Positions 47,460 to 57,784 of a DNA stretch of 64,000 nucleotides are shown here, piece by piece. The DNA comes from an uncultured bacterium (GTDB lineage Bacteria; Desulfobacterota; DSM-4660; Desulfatiglandales; JALVMZ01): NCBI GenBank assembly GCA_965613025.1, contig CBFDUE010000005.1, forward strand, positions 1,950-65,949, written 5' to 3'. The number at the start of each line of letters is the position of its first letter. The stretch's first letter is position 1. Position numbers and translations under genes: made by a program. The notes below the pieces were generated by a model that did not search any database, was not told where the DNA came from, and saw nothing but the letters and a program-made list of their open reading frames with translations.

Positions 47460-48247
47460 GGATTGGTTGGAGTCTGGGGCTCTGTATCCATTCCCCCTTT
47501 CTCATCCGATACCCTTCTTCGCTTCAATATAAGAAGACTAAAAGGGCCTGATAATACATAAAGAAACACTATGGAAAATATCATTATCCTGGGTCTATAC
47601 GCTATCAGAATAAGGAACAGGATAATATAGAGAAAGACATGAAATGCCCCTGCTTTCCTTATATTAATCTCTTTGAAGCTCTGATATTTTACATTACTTA
47701 CCATAAGATATGACATGGAAAGCGCTAAGAAAAAGATCAATAAGGGCCTCTCTTCAAGCCTCAGACCTGTCCCATTGGAAAAGAGCACCATCGAACAGAA
47801 AAAGGTGGCAGCAATTGGTATGGGTAGGCCATTGAATTCCTTTGACTTAAAGCTCCTTACCTCTACATTAAACCTGGCAAGTCTTAATGCTCCACATATC
47901 AGATAGATAAATGTGACAATCCAGCCGAGCCTCCCAAAAGGCTGTAGAGAGTATTTAAAGATGAGTATGGCAGGAGCAACTCCAAAGGCCACAAGATCAG
48001 ATAAAGAATCGTATTCAAGGCCAAAATGTGAGGTCTTATTGGTCAGCCTTGCTACCCTTCCATCAATAGCATCCAGAATTCCTGAAAGTATGATGGCAAT
48101 GGATGCCGCTTCAAACTTTCCACTCATTGAACATATGATGGAATAAAAGCCTCCAAACAGGCTTGCAGAGGTCAGTATATTGGGAAGCAAGGGTATCTTG
48201 ATTCCCTCTGACCATCTCTTTACCCTGATTCGTCTCTTTCTTCTCAT
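47456..48247 (-). CDS. pssA: CDP-diacylglycerol--serine O-phosphatidyltransferase
   Basis: PN.LT, D..DG.VAR.....S.FG...DSL.D..AFGVAP, RLARFN, F.GLP.P. Confidence 0.92.
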   Translation of the reverse strand: MRRKRRIRVKRWSEGIKIPLLPNILTSASLFGGFYSIICSMSGKFEAASIAIILSGILDAIDGRVARLTNKTSHFGLEYDSLSDLVAFGVAPAILIFKYSLQPFGRLGWIVTFIYLICGALRLARFNVEVRSFKSKEFNGLPIPIAATFFCSMVLFSNGTGLRLEERPLLIFFLALSMSYLMVSNVKYQSFKEINIRKAGAFHVFLYIILFLILIAYRPRIMIFSIVFLYVLSGPFSLLILKRRRVSDEKGGMDTEPQTPTNP

Positions 48248-48873
48248 CTAAGATATCCTATTATATCTCTTCCTGCCTTAACCTTCTCCCCCACCTGCCT
48301 TATTATCTCTGAATGTTCTGGCAAAAAGAGATCAACCCTTGAGCCAAATCTTATAACCCCTAACCTCTGGCCTGCCCTAACCAACTGCCCCCTCTTAAGC
48401 CAGCACACAATCCTTCTTGCAAAGATTCCTGCAACCTGAACTACCCTTATCCTATGGCCATTATGGGTCTCTATGTCAACTATATTTTGTTCATTATTTT
48501 CAGATGCCTCATCCCTGTAAGCCATAAAGAATCTTCCTGGTCTATATACTATATCCTTTACCTTCCCTCCAAAGGGAATCCTGTTTACATGAACATCCCA
48601 TATAGACATGAATATACTGATCTTCTGGAATGCATCCCCTTTAATATCCTTACCCCTCTCTATGGAGATGATCTTGCCATCTGCAGGTGCAATAATAGCA
48701 TCTTTTAAATGGGGGATAGCCCTTTCAGGATCCCTGAAAAAGAGCATAAAAAAAAGTAGTAGTAGAACTGAAATTAGGCTTAATATAGTAAAACCTGCTA
48801 AAGCAAAGAAGATAAAAGATATAGATGTTACACATATAAATGGTATAGAATCCTTTACAAAGGGGAATCTCAT
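48244..48873 (-). CDS. psd: Phosphatidylserine decarboxylase proenzyme (short type)
   Basis: FFRDPER, PADGK, SIFMS..DVHVNR.P, Q.AG..ARRI, RFGSRVD (self-cleavage site). Confidence 0.93.
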   Translation of the reverse strand: MRFPFVKDSIPFICVTSISFIFFALAGFTILSLISVLLLLFFMLFFRDPERAIPHLKDAIIAPADGKIISIERGKDIKGDAFQKISIFMSIWDVHVNRIPFGGKVKDIVYRPGRFFMAYRDEASENNEQNIVDIETHNGHRIRVVQVAGIFARRIVCWLKRGQLVRAGQRLGVIRFGSRVDLFLPEHSEIIRQVGEKVKAGRDIIGYLR

Positions 48874-48894
48874 GCCTTTTCCTTATTCATAAAT

Positions 48895-49614
48895 TCATTC
48901 ATTTGTCAATCTTTGGGAATCTTCAATTAATGGATAGGGATTCTTTCTTATATCCGGAGGATTTATATAGAATGGAACCATATCTTTGATATTACCAAAT
49001 TCTTTAGTTTTATATCTTTTTATACCACAAAGTCCCACAGAGGATGCCCTAAGCCCCCATAAACGGGAAGGTATTAGACGAAATCCCAGGTGGCTAAGTG
49101 AAGAAAGATACTCATGGTATCTTTCATAACTGTTTCCTATAACCCACATATCTCTTTTAAGAATCTCCCTTAGCTCCAAAAGGTGAATACATCTTACAGG
49201 CATTAATTGAAAGGATATATTGTAATCCACTATCTTATACATACTAATAAATATGTCATCCCTTCTTGCCTCTAATATGGCCAATACCATTCCCTCATAA
49301 AGGGTTGATTGAAATGCTATTGCATCTAAGGTATTTACTCCCAGCACAGGAATCCCTAAGCAGAAAGAGATGCCTTTTGCAGCCGCAAGCCCCACCCTAA
49401 GACCCGTAAAATTCCCTGGTCCAATTGCAACACTAATACATTTAATATCATCAAGATCTATTCCCATCCTATCCAATAACTCACTTAAATAGGGCATTAG
49501 AAATCTAAAATTGCCCTTTTTTGAACTGAGGAATATCTCAGCCTGAACTCTCCTGTTATCATCTATCAGGGCAAGCCCCCATCTGTTAGTAGCAGTGTTT
49601 AGGGAAAGGATCAC
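48895..49614 (-). CDS. tsaB: tRNA threonylcarbamoyladenosine biosynthesis protein TsaB
   Basis: MIL.L.TAT, GPG.FTGLR.G.A.AKG, ARR. Confidence 0.88.
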   Translation of the reverse strand: MILSLNTATNRWGLALIDDNRRVQAEIFLSSKKGNFRFLMPYLSELLDRMGIDLDDIKCISVAIGPGNFTGLRVGLAAAKGISFCLGIPVLGVNTLDAIAFQSTLYEGMVLAILEARRDDIFISMYKIVDYNISFQLMPVRCIHLLELREILKRDMWVIGNSYERYHEYLSSLSHLGFRLIPSRLWGLRASSVGLCGIKRYKTKEFGNIKDMVPFYINPPDIRKNPYPLIEDSQRLTNE

Positions 49615-50744
49615 GGAGATGGCCCTCTAAAATACTGGATTACTTTCTTTATGGCATCTATCTTGAAAATCCCCACTCTGGAAAGATCATTGATGGTAAC
49701 AATTACAATCAAAAGCCCCAAGATCACCATACCCACCTTTTGAGCGAACTCCCTCTTTTTAATACCAATGGGTCTTCCAAGCACAAGTTCAATGATAAAG
49801 AACATGAGCAGTCCCCCATCTAAGACAGGGATTGGAAGAAGATTCAGAATAGCAAGATTTACACTGATTACTGCCATAAAGGGAAAGATATATGAAAAGC
49901 TCTTCTGTGCAAGCTGTCCTGTCATCTGTCCAATAAGTATAGGGCCCCCCAAGGTCTTTATGGATACCACTCCCTCAAATATCTTAATCAAAATTAAAAA
50001 AGTAAGATATATAAGATCACCCACCTTCAGAAATGCCAATTTAATTGCCTCAATTGGGCCAACATCAATGCTCTTATATCTTCCTGAGGCCACAATTCCT
50101 ATAAGGGGCGTCTTAATTTCCTCACCAAATATGTTCTTAGACCTGGATAGTTCAGGAGTGACTTTAAAATTAAGTATCTCTCCTTCTCTTTTAACCTTTA
50201 TACTTAACTCTACCTGCCCCTTTCTCTTTACTATTTCTTTAAGCTCTTCCCAGCTCTTAATAGGTATACCGTCTATCTCAAGGATGAGATCCCCCTCCTT
50301 AAGCCCTGCACGAAATGCGGGAGATCCCTCCCTTACCTTTCCTACCTCTGGAAGCATTATATTTAGACCAGAAAGGCAAAAAGAGAGATAGAATATGATA
50401 TATCCCAGGAGTATATTAAAGATTGGGCCTGCAAGGACTATAATAATCCTCTTTAAGACGTGCTGACTATAAAACGCCCTGTGAATCTCATATTGAGGCA
50501 CATCTTCCATCTCCTCTATCTCTTCACCCAGAAGCTTTACATAGCCCCCCAAGGGAATAGTGGATATCAGATATTCTGTCTCTCCAAACCTCTTTCCAAA
50601 AATTTTGTATCCAAATCCTAAGGAGAACTTTTCCACCTTTACATTAAATAGTTTTGCCATAAGGAAATGTCCCAATTCGTGAAAGAATATGAGTATTCCA
50701 ATAACTAATATAAAAGGAAGAAAATAATATAAAAAGAAGCTCAT
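49611..50744 (-). CDS. rseP: RIP metalloprotease RseP
   Basis: HELGH, IPLGGYVK, PDZ domain, NLLPIPVLDGG. Confidence 0.95.
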   Translation of the reverse strand: MSFFLYYFLPFILVIGILIFFHELGHFLMAKLFNVKVEKFSLGFGYKIFGKRFGETEYLISTIPLGGYVKLLGEEIEEMEDVPQYEIHRAFYSQHVLKRIIIVLAGPIFNILLGYIIFYLSFCLSGLNIMLPEVGKVREGSPAFRAGLKEGDLILEIDGIPIKSWEELKEIVKRKGQVELSIKVKREGEILNFKVTPELSRSKNIFGEEIKTPLIGIVASGRYKSIDVGPIEAIKLAFLKVGDLIYLTFLILIKIFEGVVSIKTLGGPILIGQMTGQLAQKSFSYIFPFMAVISVNLAILNLLPIPVLDGGLLMFFIIELVLGRPIGIKKREFAQKVGMVILGLLIVIVTINDLSRVGIFKIDAIKKVIQYFRGPSP

Positions 50745-50767
50745 TACTATCTTCTCCTAAGTCTATA

Positions 50768-50885
50768 GAGAGCTTTGCATAACCCCTTTTTACACTGGGG
50801 GTTACACCCCCAGACCCCCAAAAATTAACTTAAAATAACCCTAATTATAGTTTTTTCTGAGAGCTTTGAATTTTTCAAAGCTCTC
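50768..50885 (-). mobile_element. MITE family X copy (type A interior) inserted in the dxr 3' end
   Basis: Same ends as the other copies. Flanked by TCCTAAGTCTATA (50755-50767) and TCCTCAGTCTATA (50886-50898). Confidence 0.88.
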
Positions 50886-52044
50886 TCCTCAGTCTATAAA
50901 TAACTTCACTTGCCTTATGTTTTGCCCATCTATCCAGCTCTATTACATCATCAATGGTATTGATCTCTTTAACCGTATGTTCTGACATAACCGCCTCTAT
51001 AACATATGGAATCTCTAAGAAGCCTATCTTATAACTTAGGAAACTTTCAACTGCAATCTCATTTGCTCCATTCAAGACCACACACATACTGGCCCCCATC
51101 TCCAATGCGTCCATAGCAAGTCTTAGGCATCTAAATTTTTTATAATCTGGCATCTCAAATGTAAGACTCTTTAATTGCTCAAATCTGAGGGTGGGTAGAT
51201 CAAGTCTTAGATGACGTGGATAGGAGAGGGCATAAGAGATAGGGATCATCATATTGGGAATGCCCATCTGGGCAATTATGGATCCATCCAGATACTCCAC
51301 CATAGAGTGTATGATACTCTCTGGGTGTATTATCACTTCAATCTGATCGCCTTTAAATCCAAAAAGGTGTCTTGCCTCAATAATTTCAAGACCCTTGTTC
51401 ATAAGGGTAGAAGAGTCTATGGTTATCTTTGGTCCCATCTTCCAGTTGGGATGTTGAAGGGCCTGTTCAGGACTCACCCTCTTCATCTCATCAATATCCA
51501 TATCCCTAAACGGCCCCCCTGAGGCAGTAAGAATAATCTTTTTGACATCTTCCCTACTATGACCAGAAAGTGCCTGAAATATGGCACTATGTTCGCTGTC
51601 AATCGGGATGATAGAAACACCATTTTCTTTTGCCAGTCTCATCACAATATGGCCTGCCATAACCAGGGTCTCTTTATTTGCAAGGGCTATATCCTTTCCA
51701 TTTAAAACGGCATGATATGTGGGAATAAGACCAGCGGAGCCGCTTATGGCAGATATTACCAGATCCACCTCTTCAGCACTTACCATATTAATAAGCCCTT
51801 CAACTCCAGATAGAATCTCTATACCTGGAATATCTGATATTGCATCTTTTAGCTCTTGAACCCTATCTGTATCTATAATACATGCATATCTTGGCCTAAG
51901 AGATCTAATCTGCTCACTCAGCAGCTTAACATTCCTATTTGCACTGAGTGCCACAACCCTGTATCTTTCGGGATTTCCCTTAATTACTTTTATGGAATCC
52001 CTTCCAATGGACCCGGTTGAACCTAATATGAGGATATTCTTCAT
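50875..52044 (-). CDS. dxr: 1-deoxy-D-xylulose 5-phosphate reductoisomerase
   Basis: LGSTGSIG, LANKE, PIDSEH, LTASGGPF, HPNW.MG.KITIDS, NKGLE.IEA. Confidence 0.97.
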   Translation of the reverse strand: MKNILILGSTGSIGRDSIKVIKGNPERYRVVALSANRNVKLLSEQIRSLRPRYACIIDTDRVQELKDAISDIPGIEILSGVEGLINMVSAEEVDLVISAISGSAGLIPTYHAVLNGKDIALANKETLVMAGHIVMRLAKENGVSIIPIDSEHSAIFQALSGHSREDVKKIILTASGGPFRDMDIDEMKRVSPEQALQHPNWKMGPKITIDSSTLMNKGLEIIEARHLFGFKGDQIEVIIHPESIIHSMVEYLDGSIIAQMGIPNMMIPISYALSYPRHLRLDLPTLRFEQLKSLTFEMPDYKKFRCLRLAMDALEMGASMCVVLNGANEIAVESFLSYKIGFLEIPYVIEAVMSEHTVKEINTIDDVIELDRWAKHKASEVIYRLRREL

Positions 52045-53000
52045 TACTCCTTTAATAGCCCCTTAAAATAGTCAATTGTCCTTTTTAGACCCTCCTTTAG
52101 TGGGATCTTAGGGGACCAATTCAATATCTTTTTAGCAAGTCCTATATCAGGCCTTCTCCTCTTTGGATCATCCTTGGGGAGAGGATGAAATTCTATCTTG
52201 GACTTACTCCCGGTTATCTCAATTATTAACTTGGCAATATCAATTATCCTGGTCTCTTGAGGATTACCCAGATTAACAGGGCCTGTTATCTTATCAGGGG
52301 TGTTCATCATCCTGATCATGCCCTCCACAATATCATCTACATAGCAGAATGACCTGGTCTGAGTTCCATCTCCATAAATGGTGATGGGTGCATTTTGAAG
52401 GGCCTGCATGATAAAATTACTTACCACCCTGCCATCATTGGGATGCATTCTGGGACCATAGGTATTGAATATCCTTACTACCTTTATACGGACACTGTTT
52501 TGCCGATGATAATCAAAAAAGAGGGTCTCTGCACATCTCTTTCCTTCATCATAACAGGAACGGGCGCCTATGGGATTTACATTTCCCCAATAGCTCTCTT
52601 TCTGTGGGTGTTCTAAAGGGTCACCATACACTTCACTGGTTGAGGCTTGCAATATCTTTGCCTTTACCCTCTTTGCAAGACCGAGCATATTTATGGATCC
52701 CATAATATTGGTCTTTATGGTCTTAACGGGATTATATTGATAGTGCACAGGGGAGGCAGGGCAGGCAAGGTTATAGATCTGATCCACCTCTAAGAATATG
52801 GGGTTTACAAGATCATGCCTTATGAGTTCAAAATAGGGATTATCCATGAGGTGGAAGACATTTCTCTTCTGACCTGTAAAGTAGTTGTCAAGACATATCA
52901 CATAGGCACTGTCTTTTAAGAGCCTCTCACACAGATGGGATCCAATAAATCCCGCTCCTCCAGTAACCAGTATCCGATCTCTGTCATATTTAAATCTCAT
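52044..53000 (-). CDS. UDP-glucuronate decarboxylase (UDP-xylose synthase, extended SDR)
   Basis: [50 protein letters not shown]...DGRVVSNF. Confidence 0.92.
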   Translation of the reverse strand: MRFKYDRDRILVTGGAGFIGSHLCERLLKDSAYVICLDNYFTGQKRNVFHLMDNPYFELIRHDLVNPIFLEVDQIYNLACPASPVHYQYNPVKTIKTNIMGSINMLGLAKRVKAKILQASTSEVYGDPLEHPQKESYWGNVNPIGARSCYDEGKRCAETLFFDYHRQNSVRIKVVRIFNTYGPRMHPNDGRVVSNFIMQALQNAPITIYGDGTQTRSFCYVDDIVEGMIRMMNTPDKITGPVNLGNPQETRIIDIAKLIIEITGSKSKIEFHPLPKDDPKRRRPDIGLAKKILNWSPKIPLKEGLKRTIDYFKGLLKE

Positions 53001-53812
53001 CACAATCTCCTCAGGGTAACTAAATAGAAAAATATATAAAAAACAGGGGATGAAAACAACACACCATCAATCCTATCCAGTATGCCACCATGCCCAGGCA
53101 GAATACTTCCTGAATCCTTTATCCCAAAGGCCCTTTTGATAGCAGATTCCATCAGGTCTCCCAGTTGTGCACTTATGGAAACAGATAATATCATAATGAA
53201 TGCATAAATATTAAAAGGATATAGCTTAAAGATCCTGAGAAAATAAAAGGAGGTCAAGAGTGCAAGTATAATTCCTCCTATAGCGCCTTCCCATGTCTTT
53301 TTTGGACTTATCTTTGGGAAAAAAGGATGTCTTCCGAAGAAGTATCCACCATAAAAGGCCCCTATATCGGTTGAAAATACTACAAGTAAAAAGAAGAATA
53401 TCCATAAATACCCTTTAGGATATAGACGGATAAGTAAGATAAGCGAAAGGGGTATTATTAGGTAAAGGGGTGCAAAAATTATAAGTGCCGATATCTTAAT
53501 ATCTTCTGAAGTGGGTTTAGAGCCATAAAATACACAGGACAGAAAGGGAATCATAATGGATATGGCAACTATAACGGGAAACAGTATCATCTCCCTTATT
53601 AATACAACTAAAAAGAGAGTCAATGTCAGAGAGACATTAAAAGACCATAAAAAGAATGTGCTTTTTATATCTGTTATTCTATTGAATTCCCTGATCCCAA
53701 GTAAACTTACTAAAGCTAAAAAAAGGGATAGAAACCACTGAGGAGCAAATCCTATCATATAGACAAGGACAGGAATAAGTAGAATGGCTGTTATCCATCG
53801 CTTAAGGTGCAT
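53000..53812 (-). CDS. cdsA: Phosphatidate cytidylyltransferase
   Basis: [33 protein letters not shown]. Confidence 0.95.
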   Translation of the reverse strand: MHLKRWITAILLIPVLVYMIGFAPQWFLSLFLALVSLLGIREFNRITDIKSTFFLWSFNVSLTLTLFLVVLIREMILFPVIVAISIMIPFLSCVFYGSKPTSEDIKISALIIFAPLYLIIPLSLILLIRLYPKGYLWIFFFLLVVFSTDIGAFYGGYFFGRHPFFPKISPKKTWEGAIGGIILALLTSFYFLRIFKLYPFNIYAFIMILSVSISAQLGDLMESAIKRAFGIKDSGSILPGHGGILDRIDGVLFSSPVFYIFFYLVTLRRL

Positions 53813-53830
53813 TGACTCTTTTAAGATATC

Positions 53831-54556
53831 TTAAATTCCTCCAAATCTCCTCTCTCTCCTCTGATACTCTAAAATGGCCTCGATAAATTGTTCTTTTTTA
53901 AAATCGGGCCACATAATAGGGGTAATATAAAGTTCGGTGTAGGCTATCTGCCATAGCAGAAAATTGCTAACTCTCATCTCACCACTTGTCCTGATCAATA
54001 GATCTGGATCGGGTAATGAAGCTGTATATAGAAAGCCTGAAATAACCTCTACATCTATGTCAGATGGGTCTATATCACCTGCTGCCACCCTCTTTGCAAT
54101 ATTACGCATGGCCTCACATATCTCCTGTCTTCCTCCATAGCTGAGGGCAAGGGTGAGGACCATATCGCTATTTTTGCTTGTTCTTTCCTTTGTCTCCTTT
54201 AAAAGCTTCTGAACATCTTGAGGAAGCCTATGGATATTTCCAATGGTATTAAATCTGATCCCATTTTCTAACATCTCTTGAAGCTCACTTTTAAGATACC
54301 TTTTTAAAAGCATCATTAATGCCTCAATCTCATATCTGGGCCTCTTCCAGTTCTCTTCTGAAAAGGCATATAGGGTCAGATATTCAATACCTATCTCTCT
54401 GGCTGTCCTGACCACCTCTTTTACTGATTCCGCACCTTTTTTATGCCCCTGGATTCTATCAAGACCCTGCCTTTTTGCCCATCTTCCATTTCCATCCATT
54501 ATAATTGCCACATGGTGGGGCAACTTTGAAGGATCTATATTTTGATCTCTCCCCAT
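53831..54556 (-). CDS. uppS: Undecaprenyl diphosphate synthase
   Basis: HVAIIMDGNGRWA, YAFS.ENW.RP, DLLIRTSGE.R.SNFLLWQ. Confidence 0.96.
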   Translation of the reverse strand: MGRDQNIDPSKLPHHVAIIMDGNGRWAKRQGLDRIQGHKKGAESVKEVVRTAREIGIEYLTLYAFSEENWKRPRYEIEALMMLLKRYLKSELQEMLENGIRFNTIGNIHRLPQDVQKLLKETKERTSKNSDMVLTLALSYGGRQEICEAMRNIAKRVAAGDIDPSDIDVEVISGFLYTASLPDPDLLIRTSGEMRVSNFLLWQIAYTELYITPIMWPDFKKEQFIEAILEYQRRERRFGGI

Positions 54557-55114
54557 TTAAAATTCCATAATCTCCTTTACCTTTTCATCCAATGCATCTT
54601 CCACCTTCTCTATATATTCATCCGTAACCTTCTGAACCTCATCCAATGCCCTGTACATATCGTCTTCTGAGATCTCTTTATTTTTCTTAAGATCTTTAAA
54701 GAAGTCATTGGTATCCCTTCTTATATTTCTTATGGCAATCTTGCTTTCCTCGGCCATCTTCTTCGCAACCTTTGCAAGCTCCTTTCTTCTCTCTTCGCTG
54801 AGCGCAGGAATGGCAATTCTTATCAATCTCCCGTCATTTTGGGGGGTAAGGCCAAGATCAGACTTTAAAATCGCCTTTTCAATATCTGCCAATATGTTCT
54901 TATCCCATGGCTTTACAACCAAGAGTCTGCTCTCAGGAACACTTATGGATGCCACCTGCTCTAAGGGCATGGTTGTCCCATAACATTCCACCTTTATTCC
55001 TTCAAGGAGTGCGGGCGTTGCTCTCCCTGTTCTAAGCTTCATAAATTCCTTTTTGAGATTGGATATGGTCTTATCCATCCTGCCCTTCATATCAGCTATT
55101 ATCTCATCTCTCAT
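54557..55114 (-). CDS. frr: Ribosome recycling factor
   Basis: LRTGRA.P, LGL.P.NDG, EERRKEL, IRNIRRD. Confidence 0.96.
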   Translation of the reverse strand: MRDEIIADMKGRMDKTISNLKKEFMKLRTGRATPALLEGIKVECYGTTMPLEQVASISVPESRLLVVKPWDKNILADIEKAILKSDLGLTPQNDGRLIRIAIPALSEERRKELAKVAKKMAEESKIAIRNIRRDTNDFFKDLKKNKEISEDDMYRALDEVQKVTDEYIEKVEDALDEKVKEIMEF

Positions 55115-55116
55115 GG

Positions 55117-55842
55117 CTAAACCTCGCTCCTTATAGTGGTTCCTATATCCATTCCAAGTATTACCTTTTTTAGATTTCCCTTCTCTTTTATGTTAAATAC
55201 TATTATAGGAAGATTGCCTGCCTTTGCAAGGATCACTGCTGTAAGATCCATAACCTTTAATTCCTTTTCAATGACTTCCCTGAAGCCTATTTGGCCATAC
55301 ATCTTGGAGTCAGAGATCTTTTCAGGATCAGAATCATATACCCCTTCAACTTTTGTTCCCTTAAGCAATACCTCTGCCTTTATCTCTCTGGCTCTAAGGG
55401 CTGCAGCAGTATCAGTGCTAAAAAATGGGCTTCCTGTCCCACCTGCAAAGATAAGCACCTTTCCTTTGTTTAGATATTCAATGGCATTCCTTGCAGAATA
55501 GTCTTCGCATATACCACTGATACCCACAGGACTCATAACTATGCAATCCGCCCCCAGCCTTGAAATCCCTTCACAAAGGGCCAATGCATTAATGATGGTG
55601 GCAAGCATTCCCATCTGATCGGCAACTACCTCTTCAATACCATACCTTTCCCTTTCAGATCCCCTAAATATATTCCCCCCGCCAATTACCACTCCCACTT
55701 TAACACCCATCCTGTTTATCTCATATATCTCTTCTGATATTCTCTGCAATACAGCCGGATCAATACCATAAGAGGAATCTCCACTTAATACCTCACCACT
55801 TATCTTAATCAATACATTCCTGTATATTGGCCTGTCTGCCAT
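55117..55842 (-). CDS. pyrH: UMP kinase
   Basis: KISGE, GGGNIFRG, D.MGMLAT..N, P.FSTDTAAALRA, VMD.TA. Confidence 0.95.
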   Translation of the reverse strand: MADRPIYRNVLIKISGEVLSGDSSYGIDPAVLQRISEEIYEINRMGVKVGVVIGGGNIFRGSERERYGIEEVVADQMGMLATIINALALCEGISRLGADCIVMSPVGISGICEDYSARNAIEYLNKGKVLIFAGGTGSPFFSTDTAAALRAREIKAEVLLKGTKVEGVYDSDPEKISDSKMYGQIGFREVIEKELKVMDLTAVILAKAGNLPIIVFNIKEKGNLKKVILGMDIGTTIRSEV

Positions 55843-55866
55843 ATCTACAAGTTCTTAATTGGATTT

Positions 55867-56466
55867 TTAGGCTTCTTCACCTAATTGATAACGAGTAAAT
55901 CGTTTAATTACGATCTTTTCTCCTGTCTTTGCCATCAATTCATTTAATAGATCCCTTACAGTGATATCAGGATCTTTAATAAATGGCTGCTCAAGCAGAC
56001 ACACCTCTTGATAGAACTTTTTCATCCTGCCCTCTACAATCTTTTCAATAATATGTTCGGGTTTACCGGATGCCCTTGCCTGAGCCATATATATCTCCTT
56101 TTCCTTTAAAACCACCTCCTCAGGAAGGGTCTCTATGTCAATGGAAAGGGGATTGGTGGCGGCTATCTGCATGGCAATATCCTTTGTAAACTGGGTAAAT
56201 TCAGGGGTCTTGCCTGTAAAATCTGTTTCACAGTTTACTTCCACCAGCACCCCGATCTTCCCACCTGCATGCACATAGGATTGGATCTGACCTTCAGAAG
56301 CAACCCTATGTCCCCTCTTTTGAGCAGTTGCAATTCCCTTTCTCCTTAAAAGCTCCACGGCCTTATCTAAATCACCACCAGTCTCTTTTAAGGCCTTTTT
56401 GCAGTCCATAATTCCCACACCTGTCTTTTCCCTTAATTGCTTAATAAGTCCTGTAGAAATATCCAA
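55867..56466 (-). CDS. tsf: Elongation factor Ts (short form)
   Basis: LRE.TG.G.MDCKKAL, EVNCETDF, K.VEG...K, LLEQ.F.KD. Confidence 0.96.
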   Translation of the reverse strand: MDISTGLIKQLREKTGVGIMDCKKALKETGGDLDKAVELLRRKGIATAQKRGHRVASEGQIQSYVHAGGKIGVLVEVNCETDFTGKTPEFTQFTKDIAMQIAATNPLSIDIETLPEEVVLKEKEIYMAQARASGKPEHIIEKIVEGRMKKFYQEVCLLEQPFIKDPDITVRDLLNELMAKTGEKIVIKRFTRYQLGEEA

Positions 56467-56468
56467 TC

Positions 56469-57314
56469 TTATCCCTCCTTTATAGAATCTTGCGAGACCT
56501 TACTTTCAGATCTCTTGGAGATAACTATTACCTCTGGCCCTCTCTCCTCTTCTTCGGCTCTTTCCTCTTCAGAGACCTTTTCAGCAGTTATTACCTCTTT
56601 TTCCTCTTCTGCTCTTAATCTCTCCTCTGCTATACTATGGCCTTCAATACAGGCATCAGCAATCTTTGAACAGATCAGCCTTATTGCCCTTATTGCGTCA
56701 TCATTTCCAGGGATGATATAATCAATAAGATCCGGATCGCAATTGGTATCTGCTATAGCAACAATAGGGATTTCAAGCTTCCTTGCCTCTCTCACTGCTA
56801 TATATTCTTTGTTTGGATCCACTATAAATACAGCACCTGGAAGTTCATCCATGTCTCTTATTCCACCAAGGTTTTTCTGAAGCTTGTTAAGCTTCTTTTC
56901 AAACTTCATTATCTCTTTTTTAGAATATCTGTTTATAGAGCCATCCTTTTTCATATTTTCAAGCTCTTTCAGAGTAGTAATGCTCTTTCTTATGGTCTCA
57001 AAATTGGTGAGTGTGCCTCCCAACCATCGGTTTGCTACATAAAACATGCCACAGCGTTCGCTTTCCTCTACAATGGCATCTTTTGCCTGATTCTTAGTTC
57101 CCACAAACAATACCGAATATCCATCTGCCACTGTCTTTAAAATAAAGTCATATGCAACTGCAAGCAGCTTAATTGTCTGTTGAAGATCTATTATATGGAT
57201 ACCATTACGAGAACCAAATATGTATGGCTTCATCTTGGGATTCCAACGCCTTGTCTGATGCCCAAAATGAACACCTGCCTCAAGTAGATCCTTCATGGTA
57301 ATACTAAGTGGCAT
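56469..57314 (-). CDS. rpsB: 30S ribosomal protein S2
   Basis: [37 protein letters not shown]. Confidence 0.97.
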   Translation of the reverse strand: MPLSITMKDLLEAGVHFGHQTRRWNPKMKPYIFGSRNGIHIIDLQQTIKLLAVAYDFILKTVADGYSVLFVGTKNQAKDAIVEESERCGMFYVANRWLGGTLTNFETIRKSITTLKELENMKKDGSINRYSKKEIMKFEKKLNKLQKNLGGIRDMDELPGAVFIVDPNKEYIAVREARKLEIPIVAIADTNCDPDLIDYIIPGNDDAIRAIRLICSKIADACIEGHSIAEERLRAEEEKEVITAEKVSEEERAEEEERGPEVIVISKRSESKVSQDSIKEG

Positions 57315-57504
57315 ATACTCCTCCTCTCAACTGTTTAGATATAATATAAAATCTACTTCTATAATATCAAAAAATGACTATATCAAGGGAAATTTTTTAC
57401 AGTGTCTAATTTGAACTCTTTGGTGAAAATTAGATTGAAAAGTTATCATATAAAATGTAAGATTAAAATAATAATAGGAAATTTCAATGGATCTCCATAA
57501 AAGA

Positions 57505-57784
57505 GAGAGCTTTGAATTTTTCAAAGCTCTCAGAAAGAAGCTGTAAATGGAATTTGTCATTGCGAAGCAATCTGAGAATGGTTCGGGGTTCGGGGGGTAG
57601 AAGGGGGATGAGATTGCTTCAGCTCCTTCAGAGCTTCGCAATGACCCATTACACCGTCATTGCGAGGAGCATTAGCGACGAAGCAATCTCATCCATCAGC
57701 CTATGATTATAAGATTGCCACGCTCACTTCGTTCGCTCGCAATGACAGGGGTCGCAGTGTAAAAAGGGGTTATGCAAAGCTCTC
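57505..57784 (+). mobile_element. MITE family X copy (type B interior, two GTCATTGCGA...TCGCAATGAC palindromic units)
   Basis: Starts GAGAGCTTTGAATTTTTCAAAGCTCTCAGAAAG and ends GTAAAAAGGGGTTATGCAAAGCTCTC. Palindromic units at 57556-57645 and 57656-57746. Flanks AAAGA/AAGGA. Confidence 0.85.

Noticed and set aside
55867-56466. Truncated EF-Ts (199 aa)
   Set aside because: Short single-core EF-Ts is a normal form in several lineages; all motifs are intact and it sits in the usual rpsB-tsf-pyrH order.
57378-57746. CRISPR array or small protein genes (57378-57641, 57512-57706)
   Set aside because: The repeats are long imperfect palindromes without regular unique spacers and there are no cas genes; the ORFs are read through the MITE.
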